In this document: piece by piece, positions 46,875 to 57,218 of the stretch
Layout: each line of letters begins with the position of its first letter
Position numbering within the stretch: position 1 is the stretch's first letter
Assembly (NCBI GenBank): GCA_963716175.1
Contig: OY970296.1
Coordinates: 3,488,001-3,552,000, forward strand
Source of the DNA: an uncultured Armatimonadetes bacterium
GTDB taxonomy: Bacteria; Armatimonadota; Hebobacteria; Hebobacterales; Hebobacteraceae
Length of the DNA: 64,000 nt
Direction: 5' to 3'
Made by a program: the position numbers and the translations under genes
Notes under the pieces: generated by a model
Told to the model about the DNA's origin: nothing
What the model saw: the letters and a program-made list of their open reading frames with translations, nothing else
Database searches by the model: none

Positions 46875-48071
46875 GTGGAAGCTGTCGCTCGTGGCCTGGA
46901 AGCAGGAGCTGTGCCTCAAACCGCGCGGATCCTGCTGGTGGCGCCACCCGCGCGTGGCGGGCTTGCCCGGCACGTGATCTCCCTGCTCGCGGCGCTTCAC
47001 CAGGAAGGCTACGAGCTGGGTGTTGCCTCCGACCCGGAGGGGCCCATTGCCGAGGCGGCGAGAGAGCGATCGCTTCCCTTCTATGGCGTTTCGGTCTCCG
47101 GGGTGAATCCCTCGCGCGCGGCGGTGGGAGCGCTCCAGATCGCGGGAGCGATCTCCGGCCTCCAGGCCCAGATCATCCACTCCCATTCCTTCAGCGCCAG
47201 CCTGATCAGCGCCCTCGCCGCTCCCTTGGCCCGCTCAGCGCGACTGGTGGCTACCATTCACAACTACCCTCCAGATGCCACCGGTATGCGCGCCGCCCGC
47301 GCTCAGCATCGGTGGGCGCTGCGCCAGGTGGTCCGCCGAGCGGCTCGCCTGATCACAGTCTCCGATGCGCTGCGCAGCGACTTGCTCGCGCTCTACCCGG
47401 GCGTCGCCGACAAGGCGATCACGATCCCTAACGGCATCGAGATCCGTGCCAGGACGGCCCGTGATCCAGCAGCAGCGAGGTCGGCCCTGGGGCTTCCGGG
47501 CGATGCCGCGCTGGTGGGCATGGTGGCGCGGTTGGCCCCGCAGAAGGGCATCCCCGAGTTCATCCGCGCCTGCCGGCTGGTGGCGGACCGCTGGCCTGAG
47601 GTGCAGTTCGTGCTGGCCGGCGAGGGTCCGCTCAGAGAAGAGGCCGTTTCATTGCAGGACGAGCTGGCGCTAGGTGAGAGGCTGCATCTGGTGGGAGCGG
47701 TGAACTCGACCGGTGACCTGATCGCCGCCCTGGACTTGCTGGTGGTTGCCTCCACCTCCGAGGGCTCCTCGCTGGTAGCGATGGAGGCGATGGCTAGGGA
47801 GAAACCGGTGGTGGCCACCCGCGTTGGCGGGGTTCCCGAGGTGGTCGCTGACGGCAACACCGGCGTCCTGGTGCAGCCAGGCGATCCGGCCGCGCTGGCG
47901 GAGGGGATTGAAGCGCTGCTGCGGGATCCGGAGCGCGCCCAGCGGATGGGTGAACGGGGGCGACGCCGAGTGGCGGAGAGATTCGACCTCCACCAGATGC
48001 TCGAACGCACCAAACAGGTCTACGCCGATCTTCTCAGGGAGCAGATCAAGACCAAAGGCGGCGCCACGTGA
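46875..48071 (+). CDS. GT4 family glycosyltransferase
   Basis: IIHSH, IPNGI, ARLAPQKG, EGSSLVAMEAM, VATRVGGVPE. Confidence 0.9.
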   Translation: MEAVARGLEAGAVPQTARILLVAPPARGGLARHVISLLAALHQEGYELGVASDPEGPIAEAARERSLPFYGVSVSGVNPSRAAVGALQIAGAISGLQAQIIHSHSFSASLISALAAPLARSARLVATIHNYPPDATGMRAARAQHRWALRQVVRRAARLITVSDALRSDLLALYPGVADKAITIPNGIEIRARTARDPAAARSALGLPGDAALVGMVARLAPQKGIPEFIRACRLVADRWPEVQFVLAGEGPLREEAVSLQDELALGERLHLVGAVNSTGDLIAALDLLVVASTSEGSSLVAMEAMAREKPVVATRVGGVPEVVADGNTGVLVQPGDPAALAEGIEALLRDPERAQRMGERGRRRVAERFDLHQMLERTKQVYADLLREQIKTKGGAT

Positions 48072-50260
48072 GGCCCGCCCTGGTAGCAATACTGGCGGTC
48101 GCCTGCATGGCGACCGGGCTGTCCGGCAGTGCTCTGGCTGGCGGGCGGAAGCTCGTCCTCGGCATCGTTGACCAGGTGACGTGGAGCGACCTGCTGAGCG
48201 ACGAGGTCCAGGCGCCAACGCTGAAGGGATTGGCCAGGAACAGCGGCGCCGGCCTGATGTGCGTGCGCACCGGGCGGGCTTCGGGTGGCGGCTATCTCAC
48301 CATCGGGGCCGGCGCCCGCGCCAGCGCCTCCCAGCCCCAATCCCAGCCCGGCCCTGAGGGAAGAGCCTTCCTGAGGAACGAGATCGTGGGCGGCGAGGCC
48401 GCTGGTCGCGCATACGCTGCCTACACTGGGTGGCCGGTGGGCGCGAATGGCATCGTCCACCTGGGGATTGGCAACCTGGTGCGCCAGAATCAGCCCACTA
48501 CGTATCCCATCACCCTCGGCCTGCTGGGAAGCGCTCTGCACCGGTCGGGCCTGCACGTCGCCTGTGTCGGCAACGCCGACCTTCCGGACTCACCGCATCG
48601 GGAGCTGGCGGCCGTGGCCATGGATGAGCGGGGCCGGGTGGAGTTCGGCGACATCGGCGCCGGGCTGCTGGAGCGTGATCCCAGGCTGCCTTACCTGCTC
48701 ACCACCCGCGGTGACCGCCTGCTCTCGGCCTTTCGGCGCGCGTTGGCCGTGGCCGATCTGATCGTGGTTGACTTCGGCGAGACCTCGCGGGTGGGAGAGT
48801 ACGCCGATGCGATGCCTCCTGCCGCCGCCCAGGCTGCGCGGCGCCGCGCTGTCGAGCGGGTGGATAGCCTGCTCGCAGGTGTGCTGAGAGAACTCCCGCC
48901 GACTGGCTGGGGGCTGATGCTGCTGGCGCCCACCGCGCGCGCCGCAGATCCCGAGGAGCAGTTCGCCAATCTGACCCCGGTCATCTTCTATCTGCCCGGG
49001 GCCGAGCCGGGTCTTCTGACTTCACCCTCAACTCGCCGTCCCGGGCTGGTAGTGAACACGGATGTCGCTCCCACCATTCTCGGCTACTTCAGCCTCCAGA
49101 CCCCCCCGGCCGCGGTCGGGCGGCCGATGCGGGTTGAGCCGACCAGGGGCGACTTGCTGGCCCGGGTGAAGAGCGACGAGGCTCGCCAGGCTGGGGTTGA
49201 GGTGGCGAGGCGCTATGCCTTCCGCTGGCTGGCCGTGCTGGCTGCCATTGCCCTCTGGGCGGCCGCGGGGATGTTCGCGCTGGGAGAGGGGGCGGCGCGC
49301 TGGGCGCGCGTGCTGGTGCGAGGATTGCTGCTAGCCCTGTTGGCCGCGCCGCCGGCGCTGCTCCTGGTGGGCCTGCGCCCCATGTCGGCGGCGCAGATGC
49401 TGGCGGGCGCGGTGGCGATCTCGCTGGTGATCGCGTTCCTCGGCGCGGCGGCGACTCGCTGGAGGGCCGGGCATGCCCCGCCGGCGCTGCTCCTGGTGGC
49501 CTTGCTCGTCTACGACCTGGTGAAGGGGCAGACTATGCTCCAGTGGTCGCCGTTGAGCTACTCCGCGGCCGCTGGCGCTCGCTTCTACGGCCTCGGCAAC
49601 GAGTACGGGGGAGCGCTCCTGGGCGGCGCGCTGGTGAGCGTAGCGAGTCTGCTACCAGCGCGTGAACGCGGGGGCGCCGTCGGGCGCTTGCTGGTCGGTG
49701 TGGTGCTGCTGGGCATCGCAGGCCTGGCAGGCTATCCCCGATTCGGCGCGAATCTGGGGATGGCTCTCGCCTGCGCCATCGGGTTTGCGGCCTTCATCGT
49801 CTACCTGTGGAGCGAGCGGCCCACCTGGGCCGATGCCGTCGCGGCGCTGCTGGTGGCGCTGCTGGTGGCCGGGGCGGCCATGGCAGTAGATGTGTTCCGC
49901 CACGGAGCCGAGGCCTCGCACCTTGGCCTGTTCGCCGCCTCTCTCCGGTCTCAGGGATGGGGTGCGCTGGGCCAAGTAGCGATCCGCAAATGGACCCTGA
50001 ACTGGTTGCTGGTGCGCACCTCGCTGTGGACGGATGCCGCGCTGGCCGGGTTTGGGGTGGTGGGTGTGCTGCTGCTGGCACGGCCTCGCCGTGGCGTTGC
50101 TGCCATGGCAGAGCGCCCGTGGCTGGCGCCGGCTCTCACCGCCTGCGTGGTCGGGGCCATCGCCTCCTGGGCTCTCAACGACTCCGGCATCGTCGCTGCC
50201 GCGCTGGTGCTGCTGTATGGCGCCGGCTCCTTCGCCTACCTGGGGCTGGGCGAGGCCTGA
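48068..50260 (+). CDS. multi-pass membrane protein with N-terminal alkaline-phosphatase-like extracytoplasmic domain
   Basis: LLTSPSTRRPGLVVNTDVAPTIL, GARFYGLGNEY, NDSG; many TM helices. Confidence 0.7.
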   Translation: MRPALVAILAVACMATGLSGSALAGGRKLVLGIVDQVTWSDLLSDEVQAPTLKGLARNSGAGLMCVRTGRASGGGYLTIGAGARASASQPQSQPGPEGRAFLRNEIVGGEAAGRAYAAYTGWPVGANGIVHLGIGNLVRQNQPTTYPITLGLLGSALHRSGLHVACVGNADLPDSPHRELAAVAMDERGRVEFGDIGAGLLERDPRLPYLLTTRGDRLLSAFRRALAVADLIVVDFGETSRVGEYADAMPPAAAQAARRRAVERVDSLLAGVLRELPPTGWGLMLLAPTARAADPEEQFANLTPVIFYLPGAEPGLLTSPSTRRPGLVVNTDVAPTILGYFSLQTPPAAVGRPMRVEPTRGDLLARVKSDEARQAGVEVARRYAFRWLAVLAAIALWAAAGMFALGEGAARWARVLVRGLLLALLAAPPALLLVGLRPMSAAQMLAGAVAISLVIAFLGAAATRWRAGHAPPALLLVALLVYDLVKGQTMLQWSPLSYSAAAGARFYGLGNEYGGALLGGALVSVASLLPARERGGAVGRLLVGVVLLGIAGLAGYPRFGANLGMALACAIGFAAFIVYLWSERPTWADAVAALLVALLVAGAAMAVDVFRHGAEASHLGLFAASLRSQGWGALGQVAIRKWTLNWLLVRTSLWTDAALAGFGVVGVLLLARPRRGVAAMAERPWLAPALTACVVGAIASWALNDSGIVAAALVLLYGAGSFAYLGLGEA

Positions 50261-50350
50261 GCCGTTCTCAGCACAAACCGAGCAGCGCCAGCAGGCTCGC
50301 CTCCTTGCCCTGCTGCCAGCCGGACGGTAAAATCGCCGTGGGGTACGGCT

Positions 50351-51358
50351 ATGGGTGACGCGGGGCTGAAAGAGGCGCTGTACTGGGAGGCGGCAGAAGG
50401 CGGACGGGTGCACTGCCTGCTCTGCCCGCATGGCTGCCGCATCGGGGAAGGGCAGGTGGGGCTGTGCCGGGTGCGGCGCAACGTCGGCGGAGTGCTGCGA
50501 AGCCTCAACTACGGCCGCGTCTCGGCCGTCAACTGGGACCCCATCGAGAAGAAGCCGCTATTCCACTTCCACCCCGGCTCGATCATTCTCTCCCTGGGCA
50601 GCATCGGCTGCAATCTCGCCTGCTCCTTCTGCCAGAACTGGTCCATCTCCCAGGAAGAGGCCGGGACGCGCCGGCTGTCGCCAGAGCAAGCCGTGGCCAT
50701 GGCGCGAGGCGATAGGGCCAACTTAGGCCTAGCCTATACCTACAACGAGCCGTTTGTCTGGTACGAGTTTGTGCTCGAGACCGCGCAGCTGGCAAGAGCG
50801 GCCGGGCTGAAGAACGTGCTGGTGACCAATGGCTATATCCGAGAGGAGCCCCTGCGCCAGCTCCTTCCTTTCGTTGATGCCATGAATGTTGACATCAAAG
50901 CGATGAGCGACAGCTTCTACCGGGAGCTGTGCCAGGGCCGCGCCGAGCCGCCTCGCCGCACGGTCGAGATCGCCAAGGAGCAGGGCTGCCTGGTGGAGGT
51001 GACCAACCTGGTGATTCCGAACTGGAACGACTCCGAGGAAGCTATCGCCGGCTTCATCGCATGGACGGCCAGCGTAGACCCGGAGATGCCGGTCCACTTC
51101 TCGCGCTATCACCCGGATTATCAGCTCTCGGAGCCGCCCACGCCGCCCGAGACCCTGGCGCGGGCCCGGGAGATGGCACGCCAGAAGCTGCGCTATGTCT
51201 ATGTGGGCAACCTATGGGGCGGAGAGGGAGAGGACACCGTCTGCCCAGGTTGTGACAAGGTGGTGGTGGAACGCCGCGGGTTCGCGGTGTCTCGGGTGTC
51301 CGTGCGCGGCGGACGCTGCGAGTTCTGCGGGGCCGAGATCAAGATTCTGGGCACGTGA
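50351..51358 (+). CDS. amrS: AmmeMemoRadiSam system radical SAM enzyme
   Basis: CLLCPHGC, DPIEKKPLFHF, CNLACSFCQNW, YTYNEP. Confidence 0.92.
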   Translation: MGDAGLKEALYWEAAEGGRVHCLLCPHGCRIGEGQVGLCRVRRNVGGVLRSLNYGRVSAVNWDPIEKKPLFHFHPGSIILSLGSIGCNLACSFCQNWSISQEEAGTRRLSPEQAVAMARGDRANLGLAYTYNEPFVWYEFVLETAQLARAAGLKNVLVTNGYIREEPLRQLLPFVDAMNVDIKAMSDSFYRELCQGRAEPPRRTVEIAKEQGCLVEVTNLVIPNWNDSEEAIAGFIAWTASVDPEMPVHFSRYHPDYQLSEPPTPPETLARAREMARQKLRYVYVGNLWGGEGEDTVCPGCDKVVVERRGFAVSRVSVRGGRCEFCGAEIKILGT

Positions 51359-51393
51359 TGGAGCGTGCCTGAGTGAAAGGAGACATTTGAGCC

Positions 51394-51759
51394 ATGCCAG
51401 AACAGCCGAAGACAGTGTCGTGGCGGGATCTGTTTGAGAAGACGGTTGACCTTGGACTAGGGGCAGCCTTGCTGACCAAGGAAGCAGCCTCCAAGCTGGT
51501 GGAGGATGTGGTGAAGCGCGGCTCCATGAGCAAGGAGGAGGGCCAGAAACTGATCTCCGATATGCTGGAGAAGGGCAAGCAGCAGAAGGATAAGATGGAA
51601 GCCCTGATTCGGCGGACCATCGAGCGCATGCTGGCGCAATCGGACCTCGCCCGGCAGTCCACGGTAGAGAAGCTGGAGCGGCGTGTGTTCGAGCTGGAGG
51701 AGGAGCTGAGGCGGAGGCGAGAGCAAAGTGAGGCTCCCGCCGACCCGGACTGTCTATGA
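51394..51759 (+). CDS. phasin-like / PHA granule-associated family protein
   Basis: LGLGAALLTKE..VKRGSMSKEEG..LERRV; adjacent to an ABC1 kinase. Confidence 0.75.
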   Translation: MPEQPKTVSWRDLFEKTVDLGLGAALLTKEAASKLVEDVVKRGSMSKEEGQKLISDMLEKGKQQKDKMEALIRRTIERMLAQSDLARQSTVEKLERRVFELEEELRRRREQSEAPADPDCL

Positions 51760-53411
51760 ACCTGCCCATCGGTCTGCCCAACCTGGGGCGAGTGCGACAG
51801 ATCCTTTCGGTTCTGGTTCTCGACTATGGGTTTGGCTTCTTCTTCGACCAGCTTGGCCTCGGCAGTCTGCTGCCGGTGGGCCGGCGGCGCGGCGTAGCAC
51901 GACAATACGCCCGGCTCTCGGGCCCCGCTCGGCTTCGCCTGGCGCTGGCCGAGCTGGGGCCCACTTTCATCAAGCTCGGCCAGGTGCTGAGCGCGCGCGC
52001 CGACCTGCTCCCGGCCGCGGTGGTGGCGGAACTCCGGCACCTGCAGGACGAGGCGCCGGCCGTCCCCTTCGACCAGATCAGGGGCCGGATCGAGACCGAA
52101 CTGGGCCGGCCGGTGGAGAGGTGCTTCGCCCGGCTCGATGCCGCGCCGCTTTCCGCCGCTTCTCTGGGCCAGGTGCATGCCGCGGCGCTGCCGGACGGGC
52201 GCGAGGTGACAGTGAAGGTGCTCCGCCCCGGCGCCCGCCACATGGTGGAGGCCGATCTCCAGATTCTGTCGGAGGTAGCGCGGCTGCTGCATCGGCAGGT
52301 GCCAGCCCTCCAGGTGTACGATCTGCCGGGGCTCATGCGGCAGTTCTCCAACCAGATGCAGGATGAGCTGATCTATACCCTGGAGGCGCACAACGCCGAC
52401 CGCCTCCGGCAGATCCTCGGAGACGCGGGCATTCAAGTGCGCATTCCAGAGGTGATATGGGAGCTGACGACGCGCCGCGTCCTGACCACAGCGCGGGTCT
52501 ATGGGCGGCGCGTAGACCGCCTCTCTGGGGTGGCTTTCGACCGGGCGGCGGCGGCGCGCGCCCTGGGCCAGGGCCTGCTCCACCAGATGTTTGTGGACGG
52601 CTTCTTCCACGGCGACCCGCACCAGGGCAATGTGCTCTTCGGCGACCAGGGCGAGATCGTGATGCTCGATTTCGGCATCATGGGCTACCTCGACCCTCGG
52701 GATCGCGTCTTGCTCGGCCAGATCATGCGCCACCTGTACCGGCAGGATGTGGATGGGGTGATGGACGCCATGTTCGAACTGGGGAGTGTGGGTCCCGAGA
52801 CCGATCCCGTGGCCCTGCGCAGCGAGCTCACCGGCATCGTCAGCCGATTCGTCACCCTCCCCCGCCGAGACTTCCCGCTGGGCGAGATGCTCACCCGCAT
52901 GCTGCGTGTGCTCTGGCTCAACCAGGTGCGAGTCTCTCCGGAGCTGTCGCTGTCGGTCAAGGCCGTGCTCATGACCGAAGCGATATGCAGCGAGCTGGAT
53001 CCCGATTTCGACTTCCGGGAGCTGGTGCAGCCGGTGGTGGAGGAGGCGCGGGCGCAGCAGCTCAGCGCACACGCCATCTACGACCGGGTGGCGCGGGCGG
53101 CAGAGGCCACCGGCCACCATCTCGGCAAGCTGCCGGGGCAGATAGACCGTCTTCTCTCTCTCGCCGGCCGCGGCGGCCTGCGGCTGCGGCTGGATGATCC
53201 GGGCGCCGAGGCGCGTTGGGCCGGCCTGGGGCGAGCGCTCAACCGCCTCTCCCTCAGTCTACTGGCAGCCGTGCTGTTCTTGAGCAGCGCCATCTACCTC
53301 TCCGGCGCCCGGCATCCCGCCCATGTGGGCCTGGGCGTGGCGGCGGTGGCGGCAGGCGTGGTCCTGGGCCTGGTCGTGGTCTTCTCTCTGCTTCGCCCCG
53401 GTCGCTTGTAG
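51756..53411 (+). CDS. UbiB/AarF (ABC1) atypical kinase
   Basis: LGPTFIKLGQ, AASLGQVH, VKV, GFFHGDPHQGN, LDFG. Confidence 0.92.
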   Translation: MNLPIGLPNLGRVRQILSVLVLDYGFGFFFDQLGLGSLLPVGRRRGVARQYARLSGPARLRLALAELGPTFIKLGQVLSARADLLPAAVVAELRHLQDEAPAVPFDQIRGRIETELGRPVERCFARLDAAPLSAASLGQVHAAALPDGREVTVKVLRPGARHMVEADLQILSEVARLLHRQVPALQVYDLPGLMRQFSNQMQDELIYTLEAHNADRLRQILGDAGIQVRIPEVIWELTTRRVLTTARVYGRRVDRLSGVAFDRAAAARALGQGLLHQMFVDGFFHGDPHQGNVLFGDQGEIVMLDFGIMGYLDPRDRVLLGQIMRHLYRQDVDGVMDAMFELGSVGPETDPVALRSELTGIVSRFVTLPRRDFPLGEMLTRMLRVLWLNQVRVSPELSLSVKAVLMTEAICSELDPDFDFRELVQPVVEEARAQQLSAHAIYDRVARAAEATGHHLGKLPGQIDRLLSLAGRGGLRLRLDDPGAEARWAGLGRALNRLSLSLLAAVLFLSSAIYLSGARHPAHVGLGVAAVAAGVVLGLVVVFSLLRPGRL

Positions 53412-53412
53412 T

Positions 53413-54015
53413 GTGCCATTCGGCTCGCTTGGAGCGCGCGACTTGCTGATCCTCGCCTCCCGATCACCTCGCCGCCAGAGCCTGCTGCGGTCGGCGGGGA
53501 TTGACTTCCGGGTAGTGGCGCCCCCAATGGAGGACGCTACCTCGCGCCGCGTTCGCGGCAGCTACGCGGTGTGGGTGCGGCGGGCGGCTCTGCAGAAGGC
53601 GCTGGCGGTGGCCGCCCACGCGCGCGGCGTGGTGCTGGGCGCGGATACCATCGTGGTGTGCGAGGGCGAGGTGCTGGGCAAGCCCTCCGGCCCCAGTGAT
53701 GCGCGCCGCATGCTCCGAAAGCTAAGCGGGAAGTGGCACCGAGTGTACACTGGCGTGGCGCTGGTATGTGGGAGGCAGCGTCTCCTGGACTACGAGCGAA
53801 CGGAGGTGGCCTTTCGGCGGCTGTCGAAGCGGGAGGTTGATTGGTATGTCGAGACCGGGGAGCCCATGGACAAGGCCGGCGCCTATGCTATCCAGGAACA
53901 GGGTGCAGGCCTGGTGCAGGCGGTGCGAGGCTGCTATACCAATGTGATCGGGCTGCCGCTGCCCACGGTGCTCAAAATGCTGGCTCAGTTCCGGCCTGAA
54001 GATCGAGCCCGATGA
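53413..54015 (+). CDS. maf: Maf nucleotide pyrophosphatase
   Basis: ILASRSPRR, GADT, LGKP, DKAGAY, NVIGLP. Confidence 0.92.
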   Translation: MPFGSLGARDLLILASRSPRRQSLLRSAGIDFRVVAPPMEDATSRRVRGSYAVWVRRAALQKALAVAAHARGVVLGADTIVVCEGEVLGKPSGPSDARRMLRKLSGKWHRVYTGVALVCGRQRLLDYERTEVAFRRLSKREVDWYVETGEPMDKAGAYAIQEQGAGLVQAVRGCYTNVIGLPLPTVLKMLAQFRPEDRAR

Positions 54016-54098
54016 CGGGACCCAGGCTGCGGCCGGTGAGCGCGAACCGCCGAGGCGCGGCTCGTGCTACGTAGCGAAGCTACTACGCAGAGTAGCAT

Positions 54099-54938
54099 AT
54101 GATCATCCAGCTTCGGAAGCAGTGGAGCCGCTCCCTGTTGCTGCTGGGCATCCTCTGTCTGGCCGCGCTCGGGCTGGAGGGCTGGCAGCGGGCGGCCCAG
54201 CGAGCTGGCGGCGCCATGTGGCTCGATCAGCTGGTCTGCACGGCCGCGTCCCCTGTTCAGCGCGCGCTGCTCCGCGCCTCCCGGGGTGCGGAAGGGGCCT
54301 GGCTGACGCTGGCGGGATCGCGTCGCCTGGCGCGAGAGAACGCTCGCCTGTCGCAGGAGGTGGCCGCTCTCCGCGCCAGACTCGACCGCCTGCAAGAGCG
54401 GTCGGCCGTACTCCGCCGGGAGAACGTCCTGCGCGCCGCCTATCCGACCGCGAATCGCCCCGAGCGGATCGCCCACATCATCGGGATCACGGCCGATGGG
54501 TGGGAGTCTTACCTGGTGCTGGATCGGGGAAGCTCGCAGGGGGTCCGGGTGCGCGATGTGGCGGTAGCGAGAGACGGCCTGGTGGGCCAGGTCTATGCCG
54601 TCGCCGCCCACAGCGCGCGGGTGCTGCCCATCACCGATCCCGCCAGCGGCGTGGCAGTGCGAGTGCAGAGGTCGCGGGAGGCGGGCATCGTCAAGGGCGC
54701 GGGCGAATGGCGCTGCGAGCTGCGCTACCTGGGGCCGCAGGCGCAAGTGCGCGCCGGGGATACGCTCCTGAGCGCCGGGACTGGAGGCGTGTTCCCGAAA
54801 GGGCTGCGGGTAGGCACCGTGGTCTCGGTGAGTTCGGACGCGAGCACCTCCGGAAAGATGGCCGTGGTGGCGCCCGCGGTCAGAATGCAGGAGGTGGAAG
54901 AGGTGCTGCTGCTGCCCCGGTCCGGGCCCAGTGGATGA
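54099..54938 (+). CDS. mreC: rod shape-determining protein MreC
   Basis: TM segment plus coiled coil, LDRGS..GV, GLVGQV, GGVFPKGL.VG. Confidence 0.9.
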   Translation: MIIQLRKQWSRSLLLLGILCLAALGLEGWQRAAQRAGGAMWLDQLVCTAASPVQRALLRASRGAEGAWLTLAGSRRLARENARLSQEVAALRARLDRLQERSAVLRRENVLRAAYPTANRPERIAHIIGITADGWESYLVLDRGSSQGVRVRDVAVARDGLVGQVYAVAAHSARVLPITDPASGVAVRVQRSREAGIVKGAGEWRCELRYLGPQAQVRAGDTLLSAGTGGVFPKGLRVGTVVSVSSDASTSGKMAVVAPAVRMQEVEEVLLLPRSGPSG

Positions 54939-54988
54939 GCGTTGGATTCGCCGCAACCGCGAGCAGCGCCGGTCGAGGAGATGATGGC

Positions 54989-56176
54989 ATGTTCCATACC
55001 GCCAGTGACAGTGACATCAAGCAGGGCCGGGTGAGCGATGTCTACTTCCAGCACGCGGTCGAGGTGCTGCGGGCGAAGGGCATCAAGCGCCAGGTGCTGG
55101 CTGAGGTACGCGCCTCCTCCCTGCCGGATCGATACCGATGGGGGGTGCTCGCCGGGGTGGAGGAGGTAGCGCAGCTGGCAGCCGGGCTGCCTGCCACCGT
55201 GCGGTGCATGCCCGAGGGGAGCGTGTTCGAGGCGAATGAGCCCGTGCTCTCGATTGAGGGGGAGTACACGGAGTGGGGAGTCTACGAGACGGCGCTGCTG
55301 GGCCTGCTCTGCCAGGCCTCAGGGGTGGCGACCAAAGCGGCGCGCTGCCGGCTCGCCGCGGGCAATCGGGCGTTGATCAGCTTCGGCGCCAAGCGCATGC
55401 ACCCCGCGCTCGCTCCTATGATCGAGCGGAACGCCTACCTGGGCGGCTGTGATGGAGTGGCCGTGATCGCCAGCGCCGACCTGCTGGGGATACCGGCCTC
55501 CGGCACCATGCCGCACGCACTGATCTTGGTGGTGGGGGATGCAGTGAAGGCCTTCGAGATGTTCGACCAGGTCTTGCCCGCGAGCGTCCCACGCATCTGC
55601 CTGGTGGATACCCTGTGTGATGAGAAGAGGGAGGCGGTGGCCGCGGCCGAGGCCCTGGGGCCGGCGCTGGAGGCGGTGCGTCTGGACACGCCCGGCTCCC
55701 GCCGCGGTGACATGGCCGCCATCCTGCGGGAGGTGCGGTGGGAGCTGGACCTGCGCGGCCACCGTCAGGTCAAGCTGATGGTCTCTGGCGGCCTCGACGA
55801 GCAGTCTATCGTGGACCTGAATCCCTATGCCGATGGCTACGGCGTAGGCACCGCGATCAGCAACGCGGCCGTGGTGAACTTCGCGCTGGACATCGTGGAG
55901 ATTGAGCGGAAGCCATTCACCAAGCGCGGCAAGACCTCCGGCCGCAAGGAAGTGCTGCGCTGCCCGGCCTGCGGCCAGCGGCGCATCGTGCCCGCGGGCG
56001 CACCCGCCCAGGCGGACCAAGCCCAGCAGGTGGCGGATCGCAAGTGCCTGTGCGGGGCCGAGATGGAGCAGTTGCTCCAGCCCTTGACCAAGGAGGGCAA
56101 GGCGGTCCGCGAGCTCAGGCCGGTGAAGGAGCTGCGGAGCTATGTGCTGGAGCAGACCGCGGGCCTGGGGCTGTGA
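54989..56176 (+). CDS. pncB: nicotinate phosphoribosyltransferase
   Basis: SDVYF, FGAKR, GTMPH, LVDT, VRLDT, SGGL, GVGT. Confidence 0.88.
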   Translation: MFHTASDSDIKQGRVSDVYFQHAVEVLRAKGIKRQVLAEVRASSLPDRYRWGVLAGVEEVAQLAAGLPATVRCMPEGSVFEANEPVLSIEGEYTEWGVYETALLGLLCQASGVATKAARCRLAAGNRALISFGAKRMHPALAPMIERNAYLGGCDGVAVIASADLLGIPASGTMPHALILVVGDAVKAFEMFDQVLPASVPRICLVDTLCDEKREAVAAAEALGPALEAVRLDTPGSRRGDMAAILREVRWELDLRGHRQVKLMVSGGLDEQSIVDLNPYADGYGVGTAISNAAVVNFALDIVEIERKPFTKRGKTSGRKEVLRCPACGQRRIVPAGAPAQADQAQQVADRKCLCGAEMEQLLQPLTKEGKAVRELRPVKELRSYVLEQTAGLGL

Positions 56177-56179
56177 CGT

Positions 56180-56785
56180 TCACAGCCCAGCCACGATCAC
56201 ATACCCGACCTGGGGGTCGCCCGAGTAGGTGACGATGGCGTCTCCCGCGCGGGGCGTGCCGCTGCGCAGGTAGAGCTCGTAGCTCACGCGGACATCGGAG
56301 GAATCAGGCAGCTCTTCCGGCTCTCCGATCTTGGCCAACCGCACCGGGGGATTGCTGCCGAACTGCTCTTTCAACCGCTCCCCGGCCTGCTTGCGACTGC
56401 CGTACTTGTCTACCATCGCCGGGCAGTAGAACGCGGCCGCCTCATACTTGCCGGCGATCATCGCGCGCCAGAAACCGCTGACTGCCTCCCGCGCCGAGGC
56501 CGCCGGAGGGGGCGGCGGCTCTGGGCGGGTGAACGCAAAGAGCGCGCCGATCGCGGCCACCGCGACCAGCGCGACCGCGCCCCAGGTGAGCCAGGCCGGC
56601 CGCCGCGGGCGCGGCTTCTTCGCCGCCGCCGCTACCTTCTGCTGCTCGGCGAGCTCCCGTACCGCCTCTTCCACCTCGGCGGCCGGCTGCTCGGCAGTGG
56701 GTTTGCGGGGCCGTTGGAGCTGGCGAAGCGCCTCCTCCAGGTCATCCTGCGACCCGTCGCCGCCCAGATCAATGCGCCTTCGCAT
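56180..56785 (-). CDS. single-pass membrane hypothetical protein
   Basis: Charged N-terminus, one TM helix, poly-Pro linker, globular C-terminal domain. Confidence 0.65.
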   Translation of the reverse strand: MRRRIDLGGDGSQDDLEEALRQLQRPRKPTAEQPAAEVEEAVRELAEQQKVAAAAKKPRPRRPAWLTWGAVALVAVAAIGALFAFTRPEPPPPPAASAREAVSGFWRAMIAGKYEAAAFYCPAMVDKYGSRKQAGERLKEQFGSNPPVRLAKIGEPEELPDSSDVRVSYELYLRSGTPRAGDAIVTYSGDPQVGYVIVAGL

Positions 56786-56883
56786 GCTTATCCGCACTTC
56801 CCCTACAGGTTCGTTTCCGGCGAGGCGACTCGCTTTCCTGCTCGGCTTGACGTGCACGAACCGGGCTGTTAGACTCGATCTAC

Positions 56884-56960
56884 GCCCCCGTAGCTCAGGC
56901 GGATAGAGCAGGGCTCTCCTAAGGCCCGTGTCGCGCGTTCGAGTCGCGCCGGGGGCTCCA
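56884..56960 (+). tRNA. tRNA-Arg(CCT)
   Basis: GCCCCCG/CGGGGGC acceptor, CTCCTAA loop, GTTCGAGTC, CCA; promoter TTGACG-N17-TAGACT at 56847-75. Confidence 0.95.
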
Positions 56961-57218
56961 CTCAGCCAGCTGCGAGGCCGAACGCGGCGCCGCATGGAGC
57001 CCAGGCCTCAGTGCAGTCCCGGCCAGCCTGGTGCGTGCAGGCTCTTGTTCCACACCGACATGGTTCTTTCCAAGACCGGCTTCTCGGCCTTGGGGCAGCC
57101 TGTGCCGCGCGCATCAGTCCCGCCGGGCTATAGCAAGCCAGCCTCGCTGTGAGGTAGGAGAAAGCGCGGGCAGCGGGAATGGTACGGCGGCACTTCCCGC
57201 GGGGATGGTCGCGCTGCT

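Noticed and set aside
51339-53120. Long antisense ORFs (for example 593 aa here, 419 aa at 31312, 393 aa at 17648)
   Set aside because: Shadow frames of high-GC coding strands with no motifs
54122-54988. N-terminal extension of the 684-aa pncB ORF as a fusion
   Set aside because: It overlaps mreC out of frame and is low-complexity; the RBS and homology begin at about 54989
46313-56960. tRNA genes as island integration sites
   Set aside because: No integrase or duplicated tRNA 3' end seen; flanking genes are housekeeping
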